Source of the DNA: an uncultured delta proteobacterium | GTDB lineage: Bacteria; Desulfobacterota; Binatia; UBA9968 | Reading direction: 5' to 3' | Assembly: GCA_963745035.1 (NCBI GenBank) | Contig: CAVUVW010000013.1 | Location: forward strand, 1,600,001 to 1,664,000 | DNA: 64,000 bases | Shown here: in pieces, positions 34,932 through 45,548 of the stretch | Numbering within the stretch: position 1 is the stretch's first letter | Layout: each line of letters opens with the position of its first letter | Made by a program: the position numbers and the translations under genes | The notes under the pieces: model-generated | Told to the model about the DNA's origin: nothing | Seen by the model: only the letters and a program-made list of their open reading frames with translations | Database searches by the model: none

Positions 34932-35023
34932 AATGATCTTCCGGGATAAGTTGCATTCTTTCCTCGCTCCTCTTTCCTCCCCCGCATCGCGAGGCAGCAT
35001 GAAGGTGGGAGCAGCGCGCTCAA

Positions 35024-36217
35024 CTACTGAATGTTCGGCCCGGTGTACTCGAGAACGTACAACCCGCCCTTGATCCGGTCCGTCACATAGATCAAACCGT
35101 CGGTGTCGACGTAGAGGTCGTTGAACATCGGCGCCTTCTGTCCGTCGGGCGCCGGCGGAATAAAGAATCCCACTTCTTCCGGGCGAAACTTGTTTCGGAT
35201 GTCGAACACGCGCAAACCGGCATTGTAATAGGTGATGAAAATAATGTTCTCACTGTGGAATGAGCCGGGACGCATCTCGTGCACGTTATGCGGCCCGAAA
35301 CGAAGACCGCGTTTGCAGAAATCGCCCTCCGGCACCGGGCAGGAGCTGACGATCACGGGATTTCTTTCCTCGCGGATATCGATGAGCCAAACCCGCTTCT
35401 CGCCCTCGGCGCAGTCGTATTTCACCGACTCGTCGACGGCGACGACGAGTTTTCTGCCCGGCAGCGGCAAGGTCGTGTGCGCATAGCCGCCGAACGGCGG
35501 GCTCCAGTCGATATGGCTGATGGTTTTCGGTCTGCTGATGTCCGAAATGTCCAGAATCGCCATGCCGGCGTCGACCAAAGCGACATAAGAGCGATTGCCG
35601 TCGGGGATGGCACCATGCACATGAAAATGCTCACCTTCGAACGGCGTCCAATCCGACGGCGTTTCTTCGCCTTCTTTAGTTCCCGGAATCCACCAGCGGC
35701 CCGCCTCTTTCGGATTGGTCGGATTGGAAATATCGGCGATCAGGTAGGCGCGCTCTTTGATGCCCGGCAGCATGGCGCCGACGTGCGCATACTTGCCGTC
35801 GGTGAACCACATGCGATGCACGCCCTTGCCGGGAATTTTTAGATTGCCGATCTCGCGCGGCTCCGTGGGTTTTTCGATGCTGTAGACTTTGATGCCGGCC
35901 TCATTGGGCGTGCTGGCGGGCAGGTTCCGGTCAAAATAAGGCCGTTCCTGATTTTGGATCAAGATATCGCCGGCGATCTGAACTTTATGTGAGTGGGTGT
36001 TCGGCGCGTGAGGGACTTGCGTCACCACGCGCGGATCGGTTGGATCGGCCACGTCGATGATGCTAAGAGCCATCGGCGAAGTGCCCAAGTGAGCGAGATA
36101 GACGTAGCGACCATGTTTTAGCAGCTGCATGCCATCGCCGTGACCATTGAGGTCGTGATGGCCGATGACTCGCATGTTCCAACTTTCGCTTTTCGCCTGC
36201 ATGTCCGCGATCGTCAT
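35024..36217 (-). CDS. LVIVD-repeat beta-propeller protein
   Basis: Repeated IIDVADPTDP, IADISNPTNP, ILDISDISRP, VFDIRNKFRP; His-rich motifs HSHK, GVHR, FGPHN. Confidence 0.85.
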   Translation of the reverse strand: MTIADMQAKSESWNMRVIGHHDLNGHGDGMQLLKHGRYVYLAHLGTSPMALSIIDVADPTDPRVVTQVPHAPNTHSHKVQIAGDILIQNQERPYFDRNLPASTPNEAGIKVYSIEKPTEPREIGNLKIPGKGVHRMWFTDGKYAHVGAMLPGIKERAYLIADISNPTNPKEAGRWWIPGTKEGEETPSDWTPFEGEHFHVHGAIPDGNRSYVALVDAGMAILDISDISRPKTISHIDWSPPFGGYAHTTLPLPGRKLVVAVDESVKYDCAEGEKRVWLIDIREERNPVIVSSCPVPEGDFCKRGLRFGPHNVHEMRPGSFHSENIIFITYYNAGLRVFDIRNKFRPEEVGFFIPPAPDGQKAPMFNDLYVDTDGLIYVTDRIKGGLYVLEYTGPNIQ

Positions 36218-36379
36218 GGCGCCTCGTTTCCTTCGCTGAGCTGAATGCACGCTTTTGGCAGCGCGCATGGTTCTGTTATACTCCGGAAGTCGCAAAGTCA
36301 ATAATGGTACCTCTTGGACGCTGCGGGTTTTACATGTTAATAGCCCGTGCACAAATTGCGACATGAGTTAGGAGTCCGC

Positions 36380-37357
36380 ATGAAGCGAGTTGTGTTCTTT
36401 CTGGCCTTTGCATCTTTGATGTTCCACGCCAACGCGCATCCGCAGACCAAGCGCATTCCGGTCGCTTATAGCGCCGTCAGCGCGACTCAGTCCTCGTTCT
36501 ACCTCACCAAAGAAGCGGGTTATTTTGAAAAACATGGCTTGTTCGTCGATCCCGTTTACGTCGCGTCTGGAACCAAAGTCGCTCAGGCCATGATCGCCGG
36601 AGAGTTTCCGATAGCTTTGGCGGGCGGCACCGTGGTGAACGCGAACCTAGCCGGCGGCGATATTGCGATTTTTGGCGGCGTGACCAACGTGCCGTCGTTT
36701 TACGTTTTCGTGCATTCCTCGATCAAGCGACCAGAAGATCTCAAGGGCAAGACCGTGGGCATCACGACCTTTGGCTCATCGACGGATTTTTCTATTCGCT
36801 ACCTGATTAAGAAATTGGGCATGGAACCGGATCGCGATGTGAAAATTCTGCAGATGGGCGGGCAGCCGCAAATCGTCGCCGGAATGGTCGCCGGGGCGGT
36901 TCAAGCCGGTGTTTTGTCTTCACCCGCGAACTACAATGCGACCAAAGCGGGCTTTCAGATGTTGGTCGATTTCAAGAGCGTCGGTCTCGACTATCCCACT
37001 GTGAGCCTGGTCTCCACGCGATCTTACATCAAGTCGGATCCTCAGACCGTGCGGCGTTTCTTGATGGCTTACAGTGAAGGAACCGAACGTTTGTATCGCG
37101 ACAAAGAGTTCGCCATGAAAGTGATCGGCAAATACACCAAAACCGCCGACCGCGGAGCGCTCGAAGCCGGCTACAGCTTTGCCACGACTTTCGTGGAACG
37201 CCCGCCGCGCTTGCCTTACAAAGCCGTGGAAACGATCCTGGCGCAGATCGGCGAGAAAGATCCCAAGGCTAAAGCGCACAAAGCCGAAGATTTCATCGAT
37301 CCGACGTTCTATAACGAGTTGGAAAAGAACGGCTTCTTCAAATCCCTGTCGAAGTAA
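36380..37357 (+). CDS. ABC substrate-binding protein (NMT1/SsuA-like), orphan
   Basis: Signal peptide, GYFEKHGL, DLKGKTVGITTFGSSTD. Confidence 0.9.
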   Translation: MKRVVFFLAFASLMFHANAHPQTKRIPVAYSAVSATQSSFYLTKEAGYFEKHGLFVDPVYVASGTKVAQAMIAGEFPIALAGGTVVNANLAGGDIAIFGGVTNVPSFYVFVHSSIKRPEDLKGKTVGITTFGSSTDFSIRYLIKKLGMEPDRDVKILQMGGQPQIVAGMVAGAVQAGVLSSPANYNATKAGFQMLVDFKSVGLDYPTVSLVSTRSYIKSDPQTVRRFLMAYSEGTERLYRDKEFAMKVIGKYTKTADRGALEAGYSFATTFVERPPRLPYKAVETILAQIGEKDPKAKAHKAEDFIDPTFYNELEKNGFFKSLSK

Positions 37358-37399
37358 ATCTGCGTGGGGCCACCGCTCGGCGCCACTATCCCTTCGCAA

Positions 37400-38445
37400 A
37401 TGAAAGCGATCGTCCTCAGGCAATTCGGCGGCCCGGAAGCGCTGCGCCTTGAAGAGGTGCCCGCGCCGAAGCCGGCGGCGGGTGAGATTCTAGTCAGGAG
37501 TTCGCTCCGTATCCGTGAATCGCACGCTTGATTGCACTGTTCGCGCGGGAAAATATCCCGTCGAGATCAAAATGCCGCACGTGCTTGGCGTCGATCCAGC
37601 AGGTGAAGTCGTCGAGGTCGGCGCGGGCGTTGAGAGATTCAAAACCGGCGATCGCGTCGCCACGATCTCGGTCATGCCTTGTCTAAAATGCAAGCAATGC
37701 CTTAAAGGGTTGGAAGCCAATTGCCTCGCCAGCCAGCATATCGGCCTGCATCGCTGGGGCGGCTACGCCGAATATATCGCGGTGCCGGAGCGCAACGCGT
37801 TCAAGATTCCGCGACAACCTGAGCTTTGCCGAAGGGAGTGTGATCACGCGTCACTTTCCGATGGCGTTCAATCTGCTCACGAGCAAAACGACGATCAAAG
37901 CCGGCGAATGGGTACTGGTCATGGGTGCCGCCGGCGCCCTCGGTAGCTGCTGCGTTCAAGTTGCGAAGATGTACGGCGCCAAGGTGATTGCCGCGGCCGG
38001 CGCCGATGACCGCGTCGCAACAGCGCTGGAATACGGCGCCGATTTCGGGATCAACTATCGCAAACAGGATCTCGCGAAAGAAGTCATGAAGCTCACCGAC
38101 AACGACGGCGTCGATGTCGTCTGCGAAAACATCGCCGATCCCAGTCTTTGGCCCGGCGCCTTCAACAGCTTGGCGATTGCGGGGCGGTTGGTTACCGCGG
38201 GAGCGCACGGTGGCGGCATCGTCGAGCTGGACGTCAAGCGGCTGTATCTCCGCCGTCAAAGCATTCTCGGAGCCGCCGGCACCAATCCGCCGGATGTCGA
38301 GAAAGCACTGGACGCCGCTCGAGCCGGCAAAATTCGCGCGATGAATTTTCAAATCATGCCGCTGAGCGCCGCCGCCGAGGCCCACCGTATGGTCGAGAAG
38401 AACCAGATCGCCGGCAAATTGATTCTCGACCCGATGTTAGAGTAA
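37400..38445 (+). CDS. Zinc-binding alcohol dehydrogenase / quinone reductase (MDR) family (frameshifts near 37498 and 37815-37835)
   Basis: [15 protein letters not shown] from 37400; PHVLGVD..G, structural-Zn CLKCKQC...C; [11 protein letters not shown]; GKLIL. Confidence 0.85.
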
Positions 38446-38504
38446 CCGCCGTCTCAACGATTGAAGCCGGCCAATGGCCGCACTTTCGTTAAGCCGTTCC
38501 ATAG

Positions 38505-38629
38505 ATGTCATCCTGAGCGTAACGCGAAGGATCTGCTTTTTCTTTTCTCCATTACGCACTCGATTGGTGCTAAAAAAAGACCCGCTTTAAAGCAGATTCT
38601 TCGTCAGCTATGCTTCCTCAGAAAGACAT
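38505..38629. repeat. Inverted pair of TGTC...GAAGRATCTGCTTT REP-like elements (REPIN/MITE-like, ~125 bp)
   Basis: ATGTCATCCTGAGCGTAACGCGAAGGATCTGCTTT; the reverse complement of 38589-38629 reads ATGTCTTTCTGAGG...CGAAGAATCTGCTTT. Confidence 0.7.
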
Positions 38630-38708
38630 TGACGGCGGCAAACGCTCGGTCATTTACACCTCGAACCGCGCATGATAGAAACCAAGCAACGAGTCTAGGA
38701 GGTAAGTC

Positions 38709-39554
38709 ATGGCCCAGATCGTGTCGATCATCGGCATCACCCACAATCCGTTCATGCCGCGACTGTTCAAACAACCGCAGCAGCCGCCCGGCGCTGCCAA
38801 AGTCAAAGAGCGCATCGCCATGATGCGTGAGAAGCTCGCGGCGGCTAAACCCGACGTTCTGGTTTGCATCGGCAACGACCACCTGCACCAGTTTTTCATG
38901 GACAACATGCCGGCCTTCATGATCGGGAAGATGGAGGAGTACGACGGCACCTTCTACGACGAGGAGCGCGAATTCGGATTGCCGAAATGCAAGCTTGCCG
39001 GCGATGTCGACGTCTCCGACGCGATCATGGAAGGCGCGTTCGACCGCGGCGTCGATTTCGCCTACTCCAATGAATTGACTATCGATCATTCGATTATCGT
39101 GCCGATGCTTTTTGTCCGCCCTGAGATGGACATTCCCGTAGTGCCGATCCTGACCAATTGCATCGCGCCGCCGATGCCGAGACCGAAGCGCTACTTCGAA
39201 GTCGGCAAAGCGATCCGCGCGGCCATCGATAGTCTGCCGACAAACAAGCGCATCGGCGTGCTCGTGAGCGGCCATTTATCCCTAGAAGTCGGCGGTCCGA
39301 AGCAATTCGAGCGCCATTTGACCGATCCCAATTTTGACGCTGCCGCCGTCGGCTGGATCGTTAACGGCGACATCGACGGCGCTGCAGTGGGATGCACACC
39401 GGAGAAGATGATCGCGTCGGGTAATATGACCAGCGGCTACTTGAACTTTCTGATGATGATGGGTGTGGCGAACTCGACAAAGCCTTCATACGCGGAGGGC
39501 CTGGATGCCGGCTTTCCGGCAATCCCGTTTTTTAGTTGGGACAAGCAAGCGTAG
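38709..39554 (+). CDS. LigB/MhpB-like class III extradiol dioxygenase beta subunit (atypical active site)
   Basis: GITHNP, KPDVLVCIGNDH...FFMDNMPAF.IG, IDHS...P, VVPILTN, P.P.P.R...GKAIR.AI. Confidence 0.85.
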   Translation: MAQIVSIIGITHNPFMPRLFKQPQQPPGAAKVKERIAMMREKLAAAKPDVLVCIGNDHLHQFFMDNMPAFMIGKMEEYDGTFYDEEREFGLPKCKLAGDVDVSDAIMEGAFDRGVDFAYSNELTIDHSIIVPMLFVRPEMDIPVVPILTNCIAPPMPRPKRYFEVGKAIRAAIDSLPTNKRIGVLVSGHLSLEVGGPKQFERHLTDPNFDAAAVGWIVNGDIDGAAVGCTPEKMIASGNMTSGYLNFLMMMGVANSTKPSYAEGLDAGFPAIPFFSWDKQA

Positions 39555-39566
39555 ACCGGTGGCCAA

Positions 39567-39839
39567 ATGGATTTGAGAATTCTCGCAACCGTCTTCACTT
39601 CAGTTTTCATCGCCGAGCTCGGCGATAAAACCCAGCTCGCGACGATGTTGTTCGCTGCCGACAAAGAGGCGAGCAAACTCACGGTTTTCATCGGCGCTTC
39701 ACTAGCCCTGGTGTTTACTTCAGCCATCGGGGTTCTAGCTGGCTCCATCATCTCACAATACGTTAGCGAAAAAACTTTGAGCTATCTGGCAGGCTTCGGT
39801 TTCATCGTGATCGGAATCTGGACTCTCGCGAGAGCATAA
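39567..39839 (+). CDS. UPF0016 (TMEM165/GDT1) single-domain membrane protein
   Basis: FIAELGDKTQLAT signature, three TM segments. Confidence 0.92.
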   Translation: MDLRILATVFTSVFIAELGDKTQLATMLFAADKEASKLTVFIGASLALVFTSAIGVLAGSIISQYVSEKTLSYLAGFGFIVIGIWTLARA

Positions 39840-39851
39840 GAGGAAATCGCT

Positions 39852-40163
39852 ATGAGCAAGTACCTGATGAACAAACTGATTCACCTGGTCAACATGGACG
39901 AACAGGCGGAAGAGAAATACACCGCTAGCCCGCGCGACTTTGTTGAGAAGTGGGAGAAGACGCAAAAGCTAAAACTGGAGCCGGAAGAGCGCGAAGCGCT
40001 CGCGACCAAGGACTATGGCAAGCTCTATGCTCTCGGCGCGCACCCGTTTACTCTCTGGAGCTTTACTGAAGCTGTCTGGGTCCACGAAAAGGGCCGCGAA
40101 GAACTCGTCACCGACTATAAAGCTCAGGCGGCCAAAGCTGGCTATCCAAACTTCAAGACGTGA
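39852..40163 (+). CDS. LigA-like extradiol dioxygenase alpha subunit
   Basis: MSKYLMNKL, L.PEEREAL...DYGKLYALGAHPF.L; neighbour of the LigB-like gene. Confidence 0.72.
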   Translation: MSKYLMNKLIHLVNMDEQAEEKYTASPRDFVEKWEKTQKLKLEPEEREALATKDYGKLYALGAHPFTLWSFTEAVWVHEKGREELVTDYKAQAAKAGYPNFKT

Positions 40164-40244
40164 ACTATTGCCTGACGTTGCTGGCGATTGCCGCACCTGC
40201 GATCTGAACAGCCAGCTCGACACGTCCAGATAAGCATCTCGCGC

Positions 40245-41252
40245 CTACTGCACTTCGAAGCGTGTCTCCCGCTCGGAAACGTTGTTAAATGCTTTAGGTT
40301 GAACGATTCCTCGGCTGTAAAAAACCATGCGCAGAAATCCCGGGCTGCCGGTGATCCGATGTGAGATGCCGCGCGGGATCATCGCGGTCTGTCCGGCATC
40401 CAGCTCCATCGCGCCCCATTCGGTGTGGTTGAGCGAATGGCCGCGAAACTGAAACCATATCTCGTCCTCATCGCAGCCCCGGTGAAAACCGCGCTGTTCT
40501 TCTTCGAGATTGTAGACATCAACCCTGAACTCTTTGCCGTTATAGAGCACCGGCGCCCGGGCGCCACCCTTGCCGGTCATGCCGGTGAAATAATCGAAGG
40601 CGGCGATTTTCTTGACCGGCCGGGAACCGTCGGTGACGGCGCCGATTAGCGCCGCGGCGTCGCGCTCGATCCAAACATCCGATTGCGGATCCCAAAAGCT
40701 GATGTGCTCGAGTGTAAGGTCGTTCGGTTTTCCTTGGCCGGTGTGGCCGTTGGCGTTGAACGGCTCCGAAGACTGCACGCGGAATTTCGTTTGCGTCAGG
40801 GGCTTTTCCGGATCCACGCCCAGATTCAATAGCTCCCGGCTCGCCACGCGCAGGCGCAAACACTGATCACTGCCGGTCGAACGATGAGAAATCGCGGCGG
40901 GAATCAACAGCGTTTCACCGGGATCGAGCTCGACAACGCCGCACTCGCTCTCTACTTTAGAGTGGCCGGAAAACTGGAAAAAAATCACATCATGATCGGC
41001 CGCCCGCGTGAGCTGCTCTTCCGGACCGTCGAGAGATTCGGTCGCGATGCGCAGAGTATCGCCTTCCCAAACAGTCACGCGCGTACGATTGCCGGAGCGC
41101 GGCGCGCTGCGCAGCAAGTCGAAGGGCCGGATCTTCGGTACGATGCGCTGGCCCATGCGTGCGGTGCCGATCACGGCGCTCTCATCGCGCTCGACCCAGA
41201 TGTGCTCGTCGGGATCACGATGCGTCATGAATTCGCGAATTTTCTTGCCCAT
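40245..41252 (-). CDS. Tandem-duplicated cupin protein (homogentisate-dioxygenase-like cupins)
   Basis: Two similar halves with FFQFSG...ELDPGE...IPAAISHR and WFQFRG...ELDAGQ...IPRGISHR; RBS GAGGAGG before MGKKIREF. Confidence 0.75.
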   Translation of the reverse strand: MGKKIREFMTHRDPDEHIWVERDESAVIGTARMGQRIVPKIRPFDLLRSAPRSGNRTRVTVWEGDTLRIATESLDGPEEQLTRAADHDVIFFQFSGHSKVESECGVVELDPGETLLIPAAISHRSTGSDQCLRLRVASRELLNLGVDPEKPLTQTKFRVQSSEPFNANGHTGQGKPNDLTLEHISFWDPQSDVWIERDAAALIGAVTDGSRPVKKIAAFDYFTGMTGKGGARAPVLYNGKEFRVDVYNLEEEQRGFHRGCDEDEIWFQFRGHSLNHTEWGAMELDAGQTAMIPRGISHRITGSPGFLRMVFYSRGIVQPKAFNNVSERETRFEVQ

Positions 41253-41323
41253 GCGATCCTCCTCTGGTTGAAACGGATTGTCGATGAAGTTTGACAATCC
41301 CATTACACCGAAGCCCAGGAGCG

Positions 41324-42306
41324 TTACAACTTGGGCTTCCAGCTTTTTTGAGCTCGGCGTAGACTTTCCTGATGATGCTGTAGTCGTAGAGGTTGGCCGG
41401 GTCGGGAGCACTCGGAGCTTTGATCAACTCGGCGCGGATGAGAACTTCTTCCTTGAGCACGTCATCGGGCACGGTGCCTTCGTCGGTCATGCTGGCCAAC
41501 GCGGTTTCATAGTCGACAAGCAGAGCTTCGGGGGAAAAAGGCGTGTGTTTGGCCACCATGGCGATGGTCGGCTCCTTGTAACGGCGCGCGAACTCTCGTC
41601 CCTTCGCCAGAGCACGAAGAAAGCGTTCCACCAGCGCAGGGTTTTCCGCAAGCAATCGGTTCGACACCGCCACGCCGTTCCAAACCAGCTGAATTTCCTT
41701 GCTGATGTCGGCGATAGTATTCGTGCGCATCTGCCCGATCTGCGCGATGTCTCGCGGCGACAACGGCGCGGCGTCGATGGAGCCCGAGAGAAATGCCGGG
41801 AAGCGCGCTTCGCTCCGGACCGCGATGAAAACAAACTGTTTCGGGTCCATCCGGTACTTCTTGAGCAGCAATAACGTCGCCAGATGCCCGGTGTCGCCGA
41901 ACGTGTTGATTGCGATCTTCTTGCCGATCAGGTCCTGGAGCGTCTTAATCTCGGGTTTGTTCGCAAGCAGCTTGTAGGTCGGTTGCGACTGATTGGTATA
42001 AACAATCTTGAGCGGTCCGCCGCGCAGAGCCGCGCTGAGCGCCGAGCCCGCCGAGGAGCTGAAGTGAATCTGCCCCGACAACAAGGTCTGCGTCGCCGAT
42101 CCGCCGCCGGACCTCATGATCTTGACGTTGAGACCTTCCTCGGCGAGATAACCCTTCTCCATCGCCGCGACATGATCCATGTAGGCTGCGCCGATCGAAG
42201 CGTAAGAAACCGTGATTTCCTCGGCAGCGCCCGCAAAACTCCAACCTGATAAAAATAGCGCCGAAAAAAATGGTAGTAGTTTTCTTTTTGCGATTTTCTT
42301 CATCAC
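41324..42306 (-). CDS. ABC substrate-binding protein (NMT1/SsuA-like), orphan
   Basis: Signal peptide, AMEKGYLAEEGL, DLIGKKIA; adding one A in the run near 41345 gives ...KKSWKPKL* and removes the overlap with the cupin gene. Confidence 0.85.
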
Positions 42307-42330
42307 ATGCCAGCGCTTTGGCCTATCGCT

Positions 42331-43877
42331 CTATTTAAACTGTACCTTCTTGTTCAAATAAAACTTTCGCATCGCCGGCCGGTACTTGTCCATGATGTCT
42401 TTGTTTAGATCCACCGGCGGCTTGGCTCCTTCCGGGAGCAACGAAAAATATTTCGTCTCCTTAGTGTCTTCATCGAACTGTTTCTTGGCGGCGGCGCGAA
42501 GCTCAGGAGAGGTCAACAGGTCGAGCACGGACGCAGCGATAACCTTTGCCCCGACCACGGCGCCCTTGTGGGCGATAGACATGGTCGGCGTGATTCCTGC
42601 CGTCCAGTGGTGCCCTTGGACGCCAGGCACGACGACCGGAAACCGCACAGTGGCCGTCGGTACAACCCAGGTAATATCGCCAATATCGTTTGAAGAACTG
42701 TTTTGCCGCGACGCTCGCAGCGGTTCTATTTTGGTTGGGAGGCCCTCTTCCTTTTTTCCCAACGATTTTGCAATTCCTTGGCGAATTTGTTTTCCGCATC
42801 CGTCCATTTGGGTAAACCGACCATCTCGATGTTTTTTTGAATCGCTTCGGCAATCGCTTTATTTCCTAGCGATGGCCACGCGGCACCGAACGGCTCCATC
42901 TCCATGGTCGTTCCGGTCATGAGAGCCGCGCCTCGCGCAATGTTGACCAGCTTATCGAAATTCTCTTTGGCCCAGGGACCATTGGCGTCGCGAACAAACC
43001 ACCAGATTTGGCCCATATCCGGGATGATGTTCGGCTGCACACCGCCATGGGTGATCGTGCGGTGGCCGCGATAGGTCGGGCGCAAATGCTCGCGCAATTT
43101 GTCGAAACCGATGTCCATCAACACTACGGCATCGACTGCGTCCTTGCCGTCCCAGGGATTTACGCCGCCATGCGCAGTTCTGCCTTTGAACGTGAACTTG
43201 GCGCCGACGAGGGCATAGTTCTGTAAGCCGTAGCCGGTCGCCGAATTGTCGGCAACATGCGTGAGAATCGCCGCGTCGACGTCCTTGAAATAACCGTCGC
43301 GAACCAAATATGGCCGGCTCATCAACTGTTCTTCGGCCGGCCCGATGGAGAGCACGATGGTGCCGGGAATCTTGAATTGCTCCATCGCCTTCTTCACGGC
43401 GAATGCCCCGCCGATCGCCACCGCGCCCATGACGTTGTGCCCTTCCATGTGGCCGGGCGCGCCTTCGACGAGCGGCTTGCGCGGAATGCTTCCCGGCGTT
43501 TGCGAGCCTTCTGGCAAAGCGTCCATCTCGGTGGCGATCGCGATCACCGGTTTGCCCGAGCCCCAAGTCGCCCAGACGTTGGTCGGCATGCCGGCCCCGC
43601 CAAGCTCTACTTTGAAACCCGCGCTCTCCAGAGTTTCTTTGACGAACTTCGCGCTCTCATGCTCCTGCATGCCCGGCTCGGCGTAATAGTAGAGCACGTC
43701 GCCTGTGGTGGCGATCTGCTCGGCGTTGCGCTCGACAACATCAAACGCGACACGTTTCGGATCGCCCGGCGATTCCGCGGTGCCGGCAGGAAACACGACG
43801 GCCAGGGCGAGCACAACGACGATAGAAGTTACAACATTTCTGAGATGCTTCTGCCGAGAAACACCAAAAAACCGCAT
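42331..43877 (-). CDS. M20-family amidohydrolase (AbgB-like; frameshift near 42765)
   Basis: EPG.QE, EMDALP, GH.EGHN, PAEE, TAHG, SNDIGDITW; N-terminal signal-like segment. Confidence 0.85.
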
Positions 43878-44131
43878 AGGAATATCCTCCTCAACATCAT
43901 CGACTTACCATGATTGGCGGTAAAAAAGATAGAATGGCGCGCCGAGAATCGGGAAGCGGCAGAGAAAATCATTCGGCGTGCGTGCAAAAATTTTTGTCAC
44001 ACCAAGTCGACGGTTCGCGTACCGACGCACGCGCCACAATTCTGCTGCGTATCACGCAAAATTTTTTCACTAAATTGCTTGCATGGTCCGCGTCGTTTCT
44101 GTATCGTTCGCGAGACCTCAGGTTTCTCGCC

Positions 44132-45548
44132 ATGCGCACGATCAAAGTAATATTTGCGCTCTCCTTGGGAATTACTGGAATGATCGGATGCGCGAGCACC
44201 GAGCGTTTGGTCCAACAAGCGCCGCCGACCGCCGTCCAACTCCCGCAAACCAAACCACCATCTGAAAATTTTCCGCAGTCGGCAACCGCTGCCCCCGCGC
44301 CGCAGGCGAGTGCGCCTTTCGTGGCAGAATCGCTGCCGTCGGAGCGCGACTCGCTGGCTCCGGTGCTCGGAGCGGAGCGCGCCGCCATCGGCTGCGCCGG
44401 TCGAAACCAAGCCGGAGCGCGCCGACAACCGCGAGAAGGCCGCGCCGGCGCCGGCGAAACCATCATCCCCGACCGGGGAAGCTCAAAGCGGCTTTCAAGC
44501 CGACAACCGTCTGTTGGAATTGTTGGGGAGAGACATCGACAAAGCGGTCGAGCAACCGGCGGAGCGCCGTCGCTTGCAGTTCTCCAGGGAAGTCGTCGCA
44601 AATCCCAAAGTGCGTCATTTCATCAAGCACTATTCCGGCACCGTGAAGAACGCCTTCGAAGAGCTGCTCGCGCGCTCGGGAAGATACATGCCGATGATCG
44701 CCACGGTGCTCGCGCGCGAGGGTTTGCCGAAGGAGCTCGGCTATCTCGCGTTGCTCGAAAGCGAACTCATTTTGGACGCCACGTCGCGCAACGGCGCCGT
44801 CGGTTTGTGGCAATTCGTCGCAGCGACCGCGCGGCAATACGGGCTGCGCATCGATTCCTGGGTCGACGAACGGCGTGATCCAGTCAAGTCGACGCGCGCG
44901 GCCGCCGCCTACCTGAAGGATTTGCACGATTATTACGGAAGATGGTTTCTCGCCACCGCGGCATACAACGCCGGGCCGGGAAACGTCGACAAGGCATTGC
45001 GCCAAAGCCAAGCGAAAGACTTCTGGAGCATCAAGGCCAAAGCCGAGCTCAGCGAAGAGACCCGCAACTTTGTCCCGAAATTCATCGCGATCGCGCTGAT
45101 CGCAGGCGACCCGCAAAAATACGGTTTTCACGATATCCGTTATTTGCCAGCGCTGGATTACGAGGAAGTCGAGCTGCCCGCTCCGCTCAAGTTGGAAACT
45201 TTGGCGGAGCTCGCCGAAACGGACGTGGCAACGCTCAAAGCTCTCAATCCGGCGCTTCTCCGCACCGCCACGCCGTCCGGGGAGACCGGCTTTCGCGTAA
45301 ATCTCCCGGTGGGACGAGCGGCGACCTTTCTCGCCAAGGCCAAGGACAGAAGCTTGGAAAAGGATGAGGAGCCGGTCAAAGTGGTAACCCACGAAGTGAA
45401 GCGCGGCGAGACCCTGTTCTCGATCGCGCGCTATTACGGCTCCACCGTGCGCGCGCTGATGGAGCTGAACGGCCTCACCACTTCGCAAGTGAAAATCGGT
45501 CAGAAACTGGGAGTCTTACTGCAAGGAATCCGCGCCACCTGGCGCTAG
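44132..45548 (+). CDS. MltD-like lytic transglycosylase lipoprotein with LysM (frameshift near 44370)
   Basis: Lipobox MIGC after 44132; LALLES, GAVGLWQF, DERRDP.KST, AAYNAG, ETRNFVPK, LysM HEVKRGETLFSIA. Confidence 0.88.
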
